From Trueperaceae bacterium (GTDB taxonomy: Bacteria > Deinococcota > Deinococci > Deinococcales > Trueperaceae): a stretch of 64,000 nucleotides of DNA. Below the pieces are notes generated by a model. It worked only from the letters and a program-made list of their open reading frames with translations, made no database searches and was not told the origin of the DNA. Position numbers and translations under genes: made by a program. Positions 29,371-39,864 of the stretch are shown piece after piece; within the stretch, counting starts at the first letter, position 1; each line of letters opens with the position of its first letter. The DNA is taken from the NCBI GenBank assembly GCA_034521815.1, contig JAXHLW010000001.1, positions 192,001 to 256,000 on the forward strand. Reading direction: 5' to 3'.

Positions 29371-31274
29371 CAGTCTCCCGCTCCTTCCTGCGCCGAGGAG
29401 CGCGGGTGAACGTGATGCCCGCCGACCCCTTCGAACGCCCAACCGTAGGTCGAGGCGACGACGACGACCCCCATCAGGATCGCGAGCGGCCAGTTCGCGT
29501 ACATCACGCCGTAGCCGCCGATGAACACGGCCAGGGAGAGGAGGAACGGGTACCAGCTCTGTCCAGGCATGTGGATGCCGCCGGCGTCGAAGTCGACCCC
29601 TTCGTACTCGCTGCCCTCGTCGGCGTGCGCCAGGTCGGGGTACTTCTTCGCCCACCAGGCGTCACGGTCGGTCGCGATCGGCTGCTCGTCGAAGTTGTGG
29701 TGCGGGGGCGGGCTGCTGGTGCTCCACTCGAGCGTTCGGGCGTCCCACGGATCGTCGCCGGCCGGCTGGCCGCTACGGAACGCGTGGATGAAGCCCAGCA
29801 CGGCCATGATCAGGCCCGTGCCCATCACGAACGTACCGGCGGTGGAGACCAGGTTCCAGATCTCCAGGCCCAGGCCGGCGTCGTACGTCTGGACCCGACG
29901 CGGCATACCCAACAGGCCAGCGAAGTGCTGGGGCATGAAGATCATGTTGAAGCCGACGAAGGTGAACCAGAACGACGCCAGCGCCCAGCGATCGGAGAAC
30001 ATCTTGCCGGTCAGCTTCGGGAACCAGTAGTACAGGCCGGCGAAGAACGCGAACAGGGCGCCGCCACCCATCACGTAGTGGAAGTGCGCGACCACGAAGT
30101 AGGTGCTGTTGGCCTGCGCGTCGAACGGGGGCATGGCCAGCATGATGCCGGTGATCCCGCCGATGACGAACATGAACAGGAACGCGAGGGCGTACACCAT
30201 CGGGGTCGCGAAGCGGATCGATCCGCCCCACATCGTGCCCAGCCAGTTGAAGATCTTGACGCCGGTCGGGATGCCGATCACGAAGCTCGTCAGGCTGAAC
30301 GCGGTGTTCGCGACGGGACCGAGGCCGGTCGTGAACATGTGGTGGCTCCACACCGCGAACCCCATGAAGGCGATGAAGATGCCCGACAGAATCATGACCG
30401 GGTACCCGAACAGCGGCTTGCGCGAGAAGGTCGGGATGACCTCGGAGATCACGCCGAACGCTGGGAGGATGATGATGTACACCTCGGGATGCCCGAAGAT
30501 CCAGAAGAGGTGCTGCCAGAGGATGGGAAGCCCGCCGGCGGCCGGCACGTAGAACAGCGTCCCGAAGGTGCGGTCCATGATCACCTGGAACAGCGCGATG
30601 GTGAGGGGCGGGAACGCGAAGATGATCATGAACGCGGTGACCAGCACCATCCACACGAACACCGGCATGCGCATCATCGTCATGCCGGGCGCGCGCATGC
30701 TGAAGATCGTCACGATCAGGTTCATCGCGGTCACCAGGGTTCCGATACCGCCGATGAACAGGCCGATCATGTAGAAGTCGATACCGTTTCCCGGGTTGTT
30801 GCTGAGCGACGTCAGCGGCGCGTAAGCGAACCAGCCGGCGTCGGGCGCGCCGCCGAGGAAGAAGCTCGTATAGACGAACAGTCCCCCCAAGGCGTAGATC
30901 CAGTAGCCGAACGCGTTCAGCCTGGGGAACGCCAGGTCGCGCGCGCCGATCATGAGCGGCACGAAGTAGTTCGCGAAGCCCGTGCCGAGCGGCATGATCG
31001 CGAGGAACACCATCGTCAGGCCGTGCATCGTGAACAGCTGGTTGTACACGTCGGGGCTGACGAGCTGCTGGTTCGGAGCGGCGAGCTGCAGGCGGATCAC
31101 GAACGCCTCGATGCTGGCCAAGGCCAGGAACGTTCCCGAGGTCAGCATGTACAGGATGCCGAGCCGCTTGTGATCGACCGTCGTGAGCCAGCTCGCGATG
31201 CCCGACGACCCGTGGGGTCGTTGCAGCAAGCCCGCGTCGGCCGACGAGCCGGTGGAGCGTCTACCGATCGCCAT
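29370..31274 (-). CDS. ctaD: Cytochrome c oxidase subunit I (A1-type)
   Basis: TVDHK, TMHG, FPRLN, FGHPEVY, WSHHMF, VAHFHY, GMPRR. Confidence 0.97.
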   Translation of the reverse strand: MAIGRRSTGSSADAGLLQRPHGSSGIASWLTTVDHKRLGILYMLTSGTFLALASIEAFVIRLQLAAPNQQLVSPDVYNQLFTMHGLTMVFLAIMPLGTGFANYFVPLMIGARDLAFPRLNAFGYWIYALGGLFVYTSFFLGGAPDAGWFAYAPLTSLSNNPGNGIDFYMIGLFIGGIGTLVTAMNLIVTIFSMRAPGMTMMRMPVFVWMVLVTAFMIIFAFPPLTIALFQVIMDRTFGTLFYVPAAGGLPILWQHLFWIFGHPEVYIIILPAFGVISEVIPTFSRKPLFGYPVMILSGIFIAFMGFAVWSHHMFTTGLGPVANTAFSLTSFVIGIPTGVKIFNWLGTMWGGSIRFATPMVYALAFLFMFVIGGITGIMLAMPPFDAQANSTYFVVAHFHYVMGGGALFAFFAGLYYWFPKLTGKMFSDRWALASFWFTFVGFNMIFMPQHFAGLLGMPRRVQTYDAGLGLEIWNLVSTAGTFVMGTGLIMAVLGFIHAFRSGQPAGDDPWDARTLEWSTSSPPPHHNFDEQPIATDRDAWWAKKYPDLAHADEGSEYEGVDFDAGGIHMPGQSWYPFLLSLAVFIGGYGVMYANWPLAILMGVVVVASTYGWAFEGVGGHHVHPRSSAQEGAGD

Positions 31275-32367
31275 GGCTACCTCCGAGCGAGGCTTGCGCC
31301 TCTGGACTGGACTGCGTACCGAGGCTGAGCAGGTAGCTCGCGACCGCGGCGATCTCCTCGTCGGCGTTCGGATCGTTTTCCTGCCAGAGCTGCGGCATGT
31401 AGTTGCCCGGCTTGATCGCTTGGGGGTCGCGCAGCCAGGCTTCGAGGTTCTCGCGGTCGTTCGGGAGGACGCCGGCCGCGAGGGTGTTTCGAAGACCGAA
31501 GTTCGTCAGGTTGGGGAAGTCGGGGGTGCCGATGGGGGCCCCGTCGCGGTAGCCCTGGACGGCGTGGCAGTTCGCGCAGCCTTTCGAGGTGAAGAGCTGG
31601 TAGCCGCGCTGAACCTCCGGATCGCCCTGGACGGCCCGTGAGTCCACGGTCTGGAACGTGTCCACCCACGCCTCGAACTCGGCGTCGGTCTCGGCGATCA
31701 CCCGGAACTTCATGTAGGCGTGCGCGCCCAAGCACAGCTCGGCGCACTGGCCGTAGTACATGCCGGGGTCGGGAGCCTCGATCCAGAGCTGGTTGTTCTG
31801 GTTCGGGATCAGGTCGCGCTTGCCGGCGAGGCGAGGAACCCAGAAGCTGTGGAGCACGTCGGCCGAGTCGAGGTTCAGGATCACACGACGGCCGGCGGGG
31901 ATGTGGAGCTCGTTGGCCGTGACGACGCCCAGCTCGGGGTACTCGAACCGCCACCACCACTGATAGCCGGTGACGTTCACGATCACGTCGCCCGCTTCGG
32001 GCGCGACGCGGGTCTCGGTCGCGAAGATCGTCCGCACCGTCGGCACGGCGACCGCGATGACGATCAGGACCGGCACGATCGTCAGGCCGATCTCCAGAGG
32101 CGCGCTGCCGTGGAACTGCGGGGGGATGCGGTCCGGATCGTTCCGCCGACGCCGAAAGCGGATCAGCACGTACGCCATCACGCCGAAGGTCGCGATCATC
32201 ACGATCCAGCTGAGCTGGTACGACCAGACCAGCAGATCGAGCTGCGCCTGGGCGATCGGACCGGCCGGGTCCAGCGTCGACTGGAGCCCCGTGAACTCGC
32301 ATCCGGCGAGCAGAAGCATTCCTCCGGCCAGGAATGCGGCCCGACGGAGCCATTGGGTCATGGGCAC
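31261..32367 (-). CDS. ctaC: Cytochrome c oxidase subunit II with CuA and C-terminal cytochrome c (caa3)
   Basis: Lipobox LAGC, GYQWWW, DVLHSFW, CAELCLGAHAYM (CuA), CANCH, KPGNYMP. GTG 32367 follows GAGGAGG. Confidence 0.95.
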   Translation of the reverse strand: MPMTQWLRRAAFLAGGMLLLAGCEFTGLQSTLDPAGPIAQAQLDLLVWSYQLSWIVMIATFGVMAYVLIRFRRRRNDPDRIPPQFHGSAPLEIGLTIVPVLIVIAVAVPTVRTIFATETRVAPEAGDVIVNVTGYQWWWRFEYPELGVVTANELHIPAGRRVILNLDSADVLHSFWVPRLAGKRDLIPNQNNQLWIEAPDPGMYYGQCAELCLGAHAYMKFRVIAETDAEFEAWVDTFQTVDSRAVQGDPEVQRGYQLFTSKGCANCHAVQGYRDGAPIGTPDFPNLTNFGLRNTLAAGVLPNDRENLEAWLRDPQAIKPGNYMPQLWQENDPNADEEIAAVASYLLSLGTQSSPEAQASLGGSHGDR

Positions 32368-32546
32368 GGTTCGTTCCTCCTCATGTGCAGGGGTTCGCGC
32401 GAAGCTGGAGCGAGCAGGACGGGCGCCTCGCGGAGACGTGTCGGCGCCGAAGATATCACAGCCTCCCACCTTACGACCGCGTGCACAGGTCACGGTGTGC
32501 GACGCAGGTACAAAGGAAGGCGTGCCGACCCGCGAATGCGCACGAC

Positions 32547-34055
32547 TCAGCGCGGCAGGTCGGGCTGGCGAAACGGCGCAGCGGTGCGGACGTGATCGGC
32601 GCGAACGGCTGGAGAGTCCTCGAGATCGGCGACGGTGCGCGCGACGCGCAGCAGCCGAGCGTAGCCGCGAGCGCTGAGCCCGAGCTCGCCGATCGTGTCG
32701 CGAGCCGTGCGCGTGCCGGCCTCGTCGAGCGCCGCGAGTCGCTCGAGCCGTCCGGCCTCGAGTCGCGCGTTCGGCCGTCCCTGGCGCTCGATCGCGCGTC
32801 GGCGGGCGGCGGCGACGCGGGCCGCGACCTCGGCACTGGTCTCACCGCTGGGCGGAGCGACGAGGTCGTCGGCCGTGACCGGGGCGAGCCGGACGTGCAG
32901 GTCGATGCGATCGAGGATCGGGCCGCTGATCCGGTCGGCGTAGCGCCTGCGTACGCTGGGATGGCAGCCGCAGCGAGCCGGCTCGGTCCCGTGCCAGCCG
33001 CAGGGGCACGGGTTTCGTGCCGCGACCAGCTGGAACGCCGCTGGGAAGAGCGTCCGCGCCCGGTGCCGGTCGACCGTGATCTGGCCGTCCTCGAGGGGCT
33101 GCCTCAGTGCCTCGAGGTGGCCACGGGGGAACTCGGGCAGCTCGTCGAGGAACAGCACGCCACGGTGGGCCAGGCTGATCTCGCCCGGACGTGGCGAGCG
33201 GCCGCCGCCGACCAGCGCGACCTGGCTGGCCCGGGCGTGCGGAGCGCGGAACGGCGGCCTGTGCAGGAGCCCATGCGGCGTCGGGGCTCCAGCAGCCGAG
33301 TGGATCCGCGTCACCTCGATCGCCTCGGTCGCGGACAGGTCGGGGAGCAGACCGGGCAGGCGGCGCGCCAACATGGTCTTGCCCGATCCCGGTGGGCCGG
33401 TGAGCAACAGGGCGTGCCCGCCTGCGGCGGCGATCTCGAGCGCCAGTCGGGCCATGGGTCGACCACGAACCTCGCGTAGATCGGGGGGTCGGCCGGCCGA
33501 GTCGCCTGCGACCGAGGGGGCCGGAGCGCGTACGGCGGGACGTGGCGCGCCTCGTAGGAACGAGGCCGCCTCCGCCAAGGTGGCGGCCGGCCAGACGTCG
33601 AGCCCACCGAGCGCCGAAAGCCCGGGGGCGTCGTCCACCGGCACGATCAGGCGGCGCGGACCGTTCTCGAGCGCCATCAGGCCCACCGCGATCGCGCCTC
33701 GGACCGAGCGAATCGTGCCGTCCAGAGCCAGCTCTCCGACCGAGAGGGCGCGCGCGGCGGCGTCGGCGGGCACCCGCCCGTCGGCAGCCAGCAGCGCCAA
33801 CGCGATCGGGAGGTCCAGCGCGGGCCCCTCCTTGCGGAGATCGGCCGGGGCGAGATTGATCAGGATTCGTGCACGCGGCGTGTCGAACCCGCTGGAGCTC
33901 AGGGCGGCGCGGACACGGTCGCGCGCCTCTCGAACGGCGGTGTCGGGAAGGCCCACCAGCGTCGTGCTGGGGAGACCGCGCGCCACGTGGACCTCCACGC
34001 GGACCGGCCTGGCGTCGACGCCCACGAGCGTGGCGGAGGGGACCGAGGCGAACAT
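32547..34055 (-). CDS. comM: YifB/ComM Mg-chelatase-like AAA+ ATPase
   Basis: VGLPDTAVREARDRVR, NLAPA, GPPGSGKT, RPPFRAPH, PGEISLAH.GVLFLDE, NPCPCG, DRID. Confidence 0.92.
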   Translation of the reverse strand: MFASVPSATLVGVDARPVRVEVHVARGLPSTTLVGLPDTAVREARDRVRAALSSSGFDTPRARILINLAPADLRKEGPALDLPIALALLAADGRVPADAAARALSVGELALDGTIRSVRGAIAVGLMALENGPRRLIVPVDDAPGLSALGGLDVWPAATLAEAASFLRGAPRPAVRAPAPSVAGDSAGRPPDLREVRGRPMARLALEIAAAGGHALLLTGPPGSGKTMLARRLPGLLPDLSATEAIEVTRIHSAAGAPTPHGLLHRPPFRAPHARASQVALVGGGRSPRPGEISLAHRGVLFLDELPEFPRGHLEALRQPLEDGQITVDRHRARTLFPAAFQLVAARNPCPCGWHGTEPARCGCHPSVRRRYADRISGPILDRIDLHVRLAPVTADDLVAPPSGETSAEVAARVAAARRRAIERQGRPNARLEAGRLERLAALDEAGTRTARDTIGELGLSARGYARLLRVARTVADLEDSPAVRADHVRTAAPFRQPDLPR

Positions 34056-34230
34056 CGGGTACCAGCGTCGCGCGCCCGACGGGCGGTCGGCGCGGGTCGC
34101 GAGGCACGTGCCGGGCGTCACGCATCACGTGTCCCGAGGCGCCGAAGATCGTCGGCTCGTGGCGAACGACCCGTCGCAGCGCGGGCAGTCGGGCCCGACG
34201 CGACACCGACGTCTGGCCTGGGAGGCAACC

Positions 34231-34878
34231 ATGAACCGATTCACACTCGAACGTCTAGGAGGCGCGATCGCCGTCCTCTCGTTGGCGCTCGCCGCCTGCA
34301 GCCTGATTCCGCCGCAGAACATCGGCGACGTGTTCGGGATGGACGGCACCGAGGTGACCGTGAGCGAGCCAGCTGCAGGGTTGCGTGTCGCGCAGTTCAC
34401 CGACGGCTGCGACGACGGAACGCACTGCGCGCCGTTCGGCCCCGCCACGTTCGCCGATCCCGAGATCTCGGGCATCGCCACCTCGATCATCGCCGGGTTC
34501 GACGTCGACGCCGGCATCGAGGCCACGATCACGGCGCCCGGCGCCGTCGCGGAACGGATCACGGTGAGCTCGTTCGGCGTCTCGTTGACCGTGTCCGACC
34601 AGGAGACGGACCAGACGGTGTCCGCTTCGGCCAGCGCGACCGCCGACCCGGCCATCGTGTTCGAGCGGACGTCGGTCGGCGTGTACGTGGCCGACGACGT
34701 GTCGGACCTCCAGCTCACCGTCGAGTTCGACGGAAGCGAGCTGGGCACGCTGAAGGAGATCCTCACCGGCGGTGGCCAGAACGTCGGCTCCGGCGTCGTC
34801 TACCTGAACGTGGAGGAACAGGGGATCGCCAGTATGACGATCACGCTCCAGTCGGAGGGCGCGACCGTCTCGTTCTGA
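34231..34878 (+). CDS. Hypothetical lipoprotein (acidic, beta-rich)
   Basis: RBS GGAGG, signal peptide with lipobox LAAC, coding-like codon usage. No family recognised. Confidence 0.75.
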   Translation: MNRFTLERLGGAIAVLSLALAACSLIPPQNIGDVFGMDGTEVTVSEPAAGLRVAQFTDGCDDGTHCAPFGPATFADPEISGIATSIIAGFDVDAGIEATITAPGAVAERITVSSFGVSLTVSDQETDQTVSASASATADPAIVFERTSVGVYVADDVSDLQLTVEFDGSELGTLKEILTGGGQNVGSGVVYLNVEEQGIASMTITLQSEGATVSF

Positions 34879-35038
34879 CCCCGTCGCGTTCCGAGCGCCG
34901 CGCGCTGAAGCGATGCGTCGACGCGACGATCTGAACCGACGATCTGAACCGACGAGCCCAAGCGACGGCGTCCGCCCTGCCATGGCAGGGCGGACGCCGT
35001 GGTCCCGTGGTGGACCCGTGGTGGACGTCGGCGCCGGC

Positions 35039-35911
35039 CTACATCCCCAGCTCTGGCGTCGCGTCGGCCAGCGCGTAGTAGCCGTACGTTCCCGGGCCCA
35101 CGTGCACGCCGATGACGGCGCCCATCTCGTACAAGCCCGCGTCGCGGAACTCGATGCCCGCGTCCCGGATCGCGGTGCGAAGCCGGTCGGCCGCGTCCGG
35201 GTCCTGGATGTGGATGAACGAGAGGACCAGCTCGCCCTCGGGATGCTCGGAGCGATACGTCTCGAGCCGGGACACCATCTCCTTGAGGGCCTTCTTCGCG
35301 CCGCGCGCACGCCCGGCCGGTTCCACGGTGCCGGCGTCCAGCGAAAGGATCGGCTTGATGTTCAAGATGCTCCCCAGCAGGGCGCTCGCGCGGCCGATCC
35401 GTCCGCCGCGCTGAAGGAACTCGAGCGTGCCGACGGTGAACAGCAGGAGGTTCTTGTCGCGAATCGTCTCCATCGCGGCCATGACCTCGCTCATCGGCGC
35501 GCCCGCGTCGCGCATGGCGGCCGCGCGGCGGATCATGTACGCCACGCCGATGCTGGCGTGGCGACTGTCGAACACCGTGACGGGCACCGGGGCGTCCTTC
35601 GCGGCCAGCTCAGCGGACTGGTACGTGCCGGACAGGCCCGACGAGATCGTGAGCACGAGAACCTCGTCCGCGCCGTTCGCGACGGCGTTCCGGTACGCTT
35701 CGGAGAAATCCTCGGGCGTCGGCTGGCTGGTGGTCGGCGACTCGGCGCCCTCCTGCATGCCACGGATCAGCTCGCCGGGCGTGATCTCGATCCAGTCCTT
35801 GAACGTCTCGCCACGGAAGTGGACGTACAGCGGAACTCTCTGGACGTCCAGATCGGCGAGCTCCTGGGCGGACAGATCGCAGGTGGAATCGGTCACGATC
35901 GCAATCGGCAT
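35039..35911 (-). CDS. degV: DegV-family fatty-acid binding protein
   Basis: IAIVTDSTCD, PTTSQP, ISSGLSGTY, L..L..GGRI, L.IKP, VHVGPG. Confidence 0.94.
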   Translation of the reverse strand: MPIAIVTDSTCDLSAQELADLDVQRVPLYVHFRGETFKDWIEITPGELIRGMQEGAESPTTSQPTPEDFSEAYRNAVANGADEVLVLTISSGLSGTYQSAELAAKDAPVPVTVFDSRHASIGVAYMIRRAAAMRDAGAPMSEVMAAMETIRDKNLLLFTVGTLEFLQRGGRIGRASALLGSILNIKPILSLDAGTVEPAGRARGAKKALKEMVSRLETYRSEHPEGELVLSFIHIQDPDAADRLRTAIRDAGIEFRDAGLYEMGAVIGVHVGPGTYGYYALADATPELGM

Positions 35912-36068
35912 GATTGAGCCTCCGGGGATGGGAAAACCGGGCCTGTCGAGGCGGCCCGCCTGACGCGTGGTATCCCCATGAGTATACGTGAGGCCGCCTC
36001 TGGCGCGGAGGGGCGGACCGAGAGCCGGCCCGAGAGCCGGCGCGAGAGATGGTCCCGAGGAGGCGCGC

Positions 36069-36869
36069 GTGAGCGACGTGACGTGGTGGGCGCTGCAACC
36101 GAGCGGAATGGTGATCGTGCTGCTGTTCGCAGCCTGGCTGGCCAACGCGGCGGGCGGGCGGCGCTGGACCGGTGCGATCGTCGGCCTGGTGCTGGTCGCT
36201 TGGATCACGGTGGTGCTGGCGCCCGTCGGCGCCTGGCTGGCCGCGCCGCTGGAGCGACGGACCCCGCCCCCTGACGCGCTTCCCGCCACGGTGGACGGCA
36301 TCGTCGTGTTGGGGGGCTCGGTCGACTGGCGCGCCAGCATCGAGCGGGGCCAGCTGTCTCTGGGAGCGTCCGGGGAGCGCATGATCGCCGGTGCGGCGCT
36401 GGCGCGGCGTTATCCGGAGGCCGTTCTCGCGTTCACCGGCGTGACGGCCGAGGCGCTGTCGGCCGACTTCCACCGCTCGCCGGAGCCGGGCACGCTGTTC
36501 TTCGGCGAGGCGTTCGCGGATCGTCGGCCGCTGGCGTTGCCGGCCTCCGCGAGCACGTACGAGGACGCGTTGCTGTCGCTCGAACGGCTGCAGCCCAGGC
36601 CCGGCGAGACGTGGCTGCTGGTCACCAGCGCATGGCACATGCCTCGTGCCTGGGCCACGTTCCGGACACTGGGGTGGACGACGGTGCCGTACCCGGTGGA
36701 CCCGATCTCCGCCGGGGCGCGTTGGGGTTGGCCCAATCCGCCGGGAGCGGCGGAGCGTCTGGCCGCGGTCGACCAGGTCGTGCGCGAGTGGGGCGCCGTG
36801 CTCGTGTACCGAAGGACCGGGCGGATCGCGCCCGAGGCGTGGGACGCGTCCGCGGCAGGCGGGCCGTGA
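36069..36869 (+). CDS. YdcF/DUF218 (ElyC/SanA-like) membrane protein
   Basis: N-terminal TM helices, GIVVLGG, STYEDA, LLVTSAWHMPRA, PYPVD, REW. Confidence 0.88.
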   Translation: MSDVTWWALQPSGMVIVLLFAAWLANAAGGRRWTGAIVGLVLVAWITVVLAPVGAWLAAPLERRTPPPDALPATVDGIVVLGGSVDWRASIERGQLSLGASGERMIAGAALARRYPEAVLAFTGVTAEALSADFHRSPEPGTLFFGEAFADRRPLALPASASTYEDALLSLERLQPRPGETWLLVTSAWHMPRAWATFRTLGWTTVPYPVDPISAGARWGWPNPPGAAERLAAVDQVVREWGAVLVYRRTGRIAPEAWDASAAGGP

Positions 36870-36906
36870 GTCGTCCGGCGGCGCCGACGAACGGCCCAGG
36901 CGGACG

Positions 36907-37899
36907 TCACGCCAGGAGCGCCTCGGCGATCTGAACGGCGTTGAGTGCCGCACCCTTGCGAATCTGATCGCCCGACACGAACAGAGCGACCGCGCCGGGA
37001 CGGCTCGCGTCGGCGCGGATACGGCCGACGAGGACCTCGTCCCGACCCGAGGCGTCTCGCGGCATGGGAAACAGGTTCGCCTCGCGGTCGTCCACGATCC
37101 GGACGCCGGGCGCGGCCGCCAGAACGCGTCGCGCCTCGTCCGGATCGATGGGCCGTTCGAACTCGGCGTGGATCGCCTCGCTGTGGGCGCGGTAGACGGG
37201 GACCCGCACGCAGGTCGCGCTGATGTTCAGGTCCGGAGCGTTCAGGATCTTGCGCGACTCGAGCAGGAGCTTGCGCTCTTCGACGTTGTAGCCGTCGTCG
37301 CCCACCTCGCTGTCGTGGGAGAACAGGTTGAACGCGATGTCGTGATCGAACGTCCGCGGGAGCTCCTCGCGACCGTCGAGCGCCGCGCGCGTCAGGCGCG
37401 TCAGCTCGTCGATCCCGGTGGCCCCGGCTCCGGACACGGCCTGGTAGGTCGCGACGGTCGCACGCGTCAGGCCGAACGCACGGTGCAACGGCGCGAGCGC
37501 CATCAACGCGATGATCGTCGAGCAGTTCGGGTTCGCGACGATTCCCCGGTGGGCGCGGGCCGCGTCCGCGTTGATCTCGGGAACGACCAGCGGCGTGGTC
37601 GGATCCATGCGCCAGGCGCTGGTGTTGTCGATCACGACCGCGCCGTGCGACGCCCAGTCGCGGGCGTGCGCCTTCGAGAGGTCGCCACCGGCCGAGGAGA
37701 ACGCGATGTCGGCGTCCAGGTCGCCGCTGTCGGGCAGCGTCTCGATCGTGACCGGCGCGCCGCGGAACGTCACCGTCCGGCCCGCCGACCGAGGCGATGC
37801 GTACAGCCGCAAGGCGCTCACCGGGAACGACCGTTCCTCGAGCAGAGCGACGAGCTCCTGACCGACGGCGCCGGTGGCGCCTACGATGGCGACGCGCAT
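36907..37899 (-). CDS. asd: Aspartate-semialdehyde dehydrogenase
   Basis: VGATGAVG, DNTSAWRM, ANPNCST, YQAVSGAG, TCVRVP...H, RKGAALNAVQIAE. Confidence 0.96.
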   Translation of the reverse strand: MRVAIVGATGAVGQELVALLEERSFPVSALRLYASPRSAGRTVTFRGAPVTIETLPDSGDLDADIAFSSAGGDLSKAHARDWASHGAVVIDNTSAWRMDPTTPLVVPEINADAARAHRGIVANPNCSTIIALMALAPLHRAFGLTRATVATYQAVSGAGATGIDELTRLTRAALDGREELPRTFDHDIAFNLFSHDSEVGDDGYNVEERKLLLESRKILNAPDLNISATCVRVPVYRAHSEAIHAEFERPIDPDEARRVLAAAPGVRIVDDREANLFPMPRDASGRDEVLVGRIRADASRPGAVALFVSGDQIRKGAALNAVQIAEALLA

Positions 37900-38002
37900 G
37901 GATCCTCCTCCGCACCCCGGCCTGCGAGGTGCGGGCGTGAGTCTAGCACGGGCTCCCGCGCCGCTCGGACGCCCGGCCGGGACGCCGGGTAGCATGACGG
38001 CG

Positions 38003-39136
38003 ATGAGCGGGACGCGAGCGACGACAGCAGGGGGACGACGCGCCGCGCGGCGCGTCGTCGTGAAGATCGGGACCAGCAGCATCACCGACGAGTCGGGCCG
38101 GATTCACCCGCCGCGGATGGCTGCGATCGCGCGGGGCGCGGCTGCGGTGGAGCGGGCCACAGGCGCCACGCCGGTGCTGGTCTCGTCGGGCGCCGGCGCG
38201 GCCGGCCGGGAGCGGCTGGGCCTCTCGCTGCCCCTCACGCTTCCCGACAAGCAGGCGGCCGCAGCGGTCGGCCAATCGCTGCTGATGCTGCACTGGGAGC
38301 GGGCGCTGGCGCCCCGTCCGGTCGCACAGCTGCTGCTCTCGGCGGACGACGTGCACGACCGGACGCGCTACGTGAACGCGAAGAACGCGCTGCAGGCCAG
38401 CCTACGGCTGGGTGCCGTGCCGATCGTGAACGAGAACGACAGCGTCGCGACGCAGGAGCTGAAGCTGGGCGACAACGACACGCTGTCGGCCTGGGTGGCG
38501 TACCTCGTCGACGCCGATGCGCTGCTGATCCTGACGGACGTCGACGGGCTGTACGACGCCGATCCACGTCGAAGCCCGGACGCCCAGCGGATCGACGAGG
38601 TGCACGACCTGGACGCCGCTGCGCGGATGGCGGGCGGCATCGGCAGCGGTCGGGGGACCGGCGGCATGGCGACGAAGCTTCGCGCCGCCAGGATCGCCAG
38701 CGAGGCGGGCATCGAGACGTGGATCGCCGGCGGAGGTGGCGCCGCGCTCGAGGCGTTCGCGCGTGGCGAGGCACCGGGGACCCGGGTGGTGCCCGCGACC
38801 GAGCACGCTCCGGCGCGCAAGGCGTGGCTGGCCCAGCAACCGGTGGCGGGACGAGTGGTCGTCGACGACGGAGCGATCCGGGCGCTGAACGAAGGTCGCA
38901 GCCTGCTTCCGAGGGGGGTCAAGGGGGTCGAGGGCGGGTTCGCGTTCGGTGACGCGGTCGAGGTCGTCGGATTCCACGGTGCGCCCGTCGCGCGCGGACT
39001 CGTGAACTACGCTCACGATGCGCTGCAACGGATCGCTGGCCGGCATACCAGCGAGATCGCCGAGCTGCTCGGAGCGAAGGATTTCGACGAGGTCGTCCAT
39101 CGCGACAACCTCGTGCTGCTCGCGCGCCGGCCCTGA
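38003..39136 (+). CDS. proB: Glutamate 5-kinase with PUA domain
   Basis: VVKIGTS, VSSGA, KQAAAAVGQ, NEND, GDNDTLS, GTGGMATK, C-terminal PUA, HRDNL. Confidence 0.95.
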   Translation: MSGTRATTAGGRRAARRVVVKIGTSSITDESGRIHPPRMAAIARGAAAVERATGATPVLVSSGAGAAGRERLGLSLPLTLPDKQAAAAVGQSLLMLHWERALAPRPVAQLLLSADDVHDRTRYVNAKNALQASLRLGAVPIVNENDSVATQELKLGDNDTLSAWVAYLVDADALLILTDVDGLYDADPRRSPDAQRIDEVHDLDAAARMAGGIGSGRGTGGMATKLRAARIASEAGIETWIAGGGGAALEAFARGEAPGTRVVPATEHAPARKAWLAQQPVAGRVVVDDGAIRALNEGRSLLPRGVKGVEGGFAFGDAVEVVGFHGAPVARGLVNYAHDALQRIAGRHTSEIAELLGAKDFDEVVHRDNLVLLARRP

Positions 39137-39192
39137 GGCCAGTGCGTCCGCGCCGTGGCGGGACGGGTGCTACGCTCGCGGTAGGAGGCATC

Positions 39193-39765
39193 ATGAAGAG
39201 CGTCCGAACCACCCTCGCCTACTTCGCCGCCGCAGCTCTGGTCGCCTTCGGCCTGCTGGCGCTGTTGAACCCGCTGGTCGCCGCACGACTGGTAGGGCTC
39301 GAGGTGGTCGAGCCGCGCGGACTGAGCGAAGTCCGAGCGTTCTACGGGGCGATGATGCTGATGCTGGGCGGCGTGATGGTGTGGGCCGTGCCGATGCGCC
39401 CCCGCTCGGCGCCCTGGATGCGACTCGCTGGGCTGCTGTGGGCCGCGGCGACGCTGGGGCGGGCGGCCAGTGTGATCTTGGACGGCGTGTGGACCCCGGT
39501 CAACCTGCTGTTCCTGCTCGCGTCCGGGGTCATCGCCGCCGCGTTCATCCTCGCCAGCTTCCAGACGCGCCCCCGTGCGATTCGCCGGAGCGACGAAGAG
39601 CAACCTGGCGAGCTGGCGTCCAGCCGGGACGCCCGCGAGGCCCGACCTGAACCTCGACGAGGCTGGCTGCGCCGCTCGAAGGACCGACCGGGCAAGCCGG
39701 CCGATCGCCGGGAGGAACCCGCGGAGGAGGACGAGGACGATCCGCTCCGCGCCTATCGGAGCTGA
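39193..39765 (+). CDS. Membrane protein (DUF4345-like)
   Basis: RBS AGGAGG, four TM helices, SEVRAFYG and GR..S...DG motifs, charged tail. Confidence 0.7.
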   Translation: MKSVRTTLAYFAAAALVAFGLLALLNPLVAARLVGLEVVEPRGLSEVRAFYGAMMLMLGGVMVWAVPMRPRSAPWMRLAGLLWAAATLGRAASVILDGVWTPVNLLFLLASGVIAAAFILASFQTRPRAIRRSDEEQPGELASSRDAREARPEPRRGWLRRSKDRPGKPADRREEPAEEDEDDPLRAYRS

Positions 39766-39864
39766 CGCCGGCGACGTGCGCGCCGGGTCGTTCGCCGCGC
39801 CCGGCGGCGCGGACGGTGGCGCGGACGGTCCGCCGCCGGGCGCGCGCGGTAGGCTCTAGACGCC

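Noticed and set aside
32478-32497. CGTGC-ACAGG-TCACG upstream of ctaC as a CRP/FNR site
   Set aside because: The spacer is 5 rather than 6 nt and the half-sites are degenerate.
34879-35038. Direct repeats between the lipoprotein gene and degV as a MITE or REP element
   Set aside because: There are no terminal inverted repeats and no second copy in the window. Counted among the short tandem duplications.
38003-39136. proB without adjacent proA
   Set aside because: Separation of proA and proB is common and uninformative.
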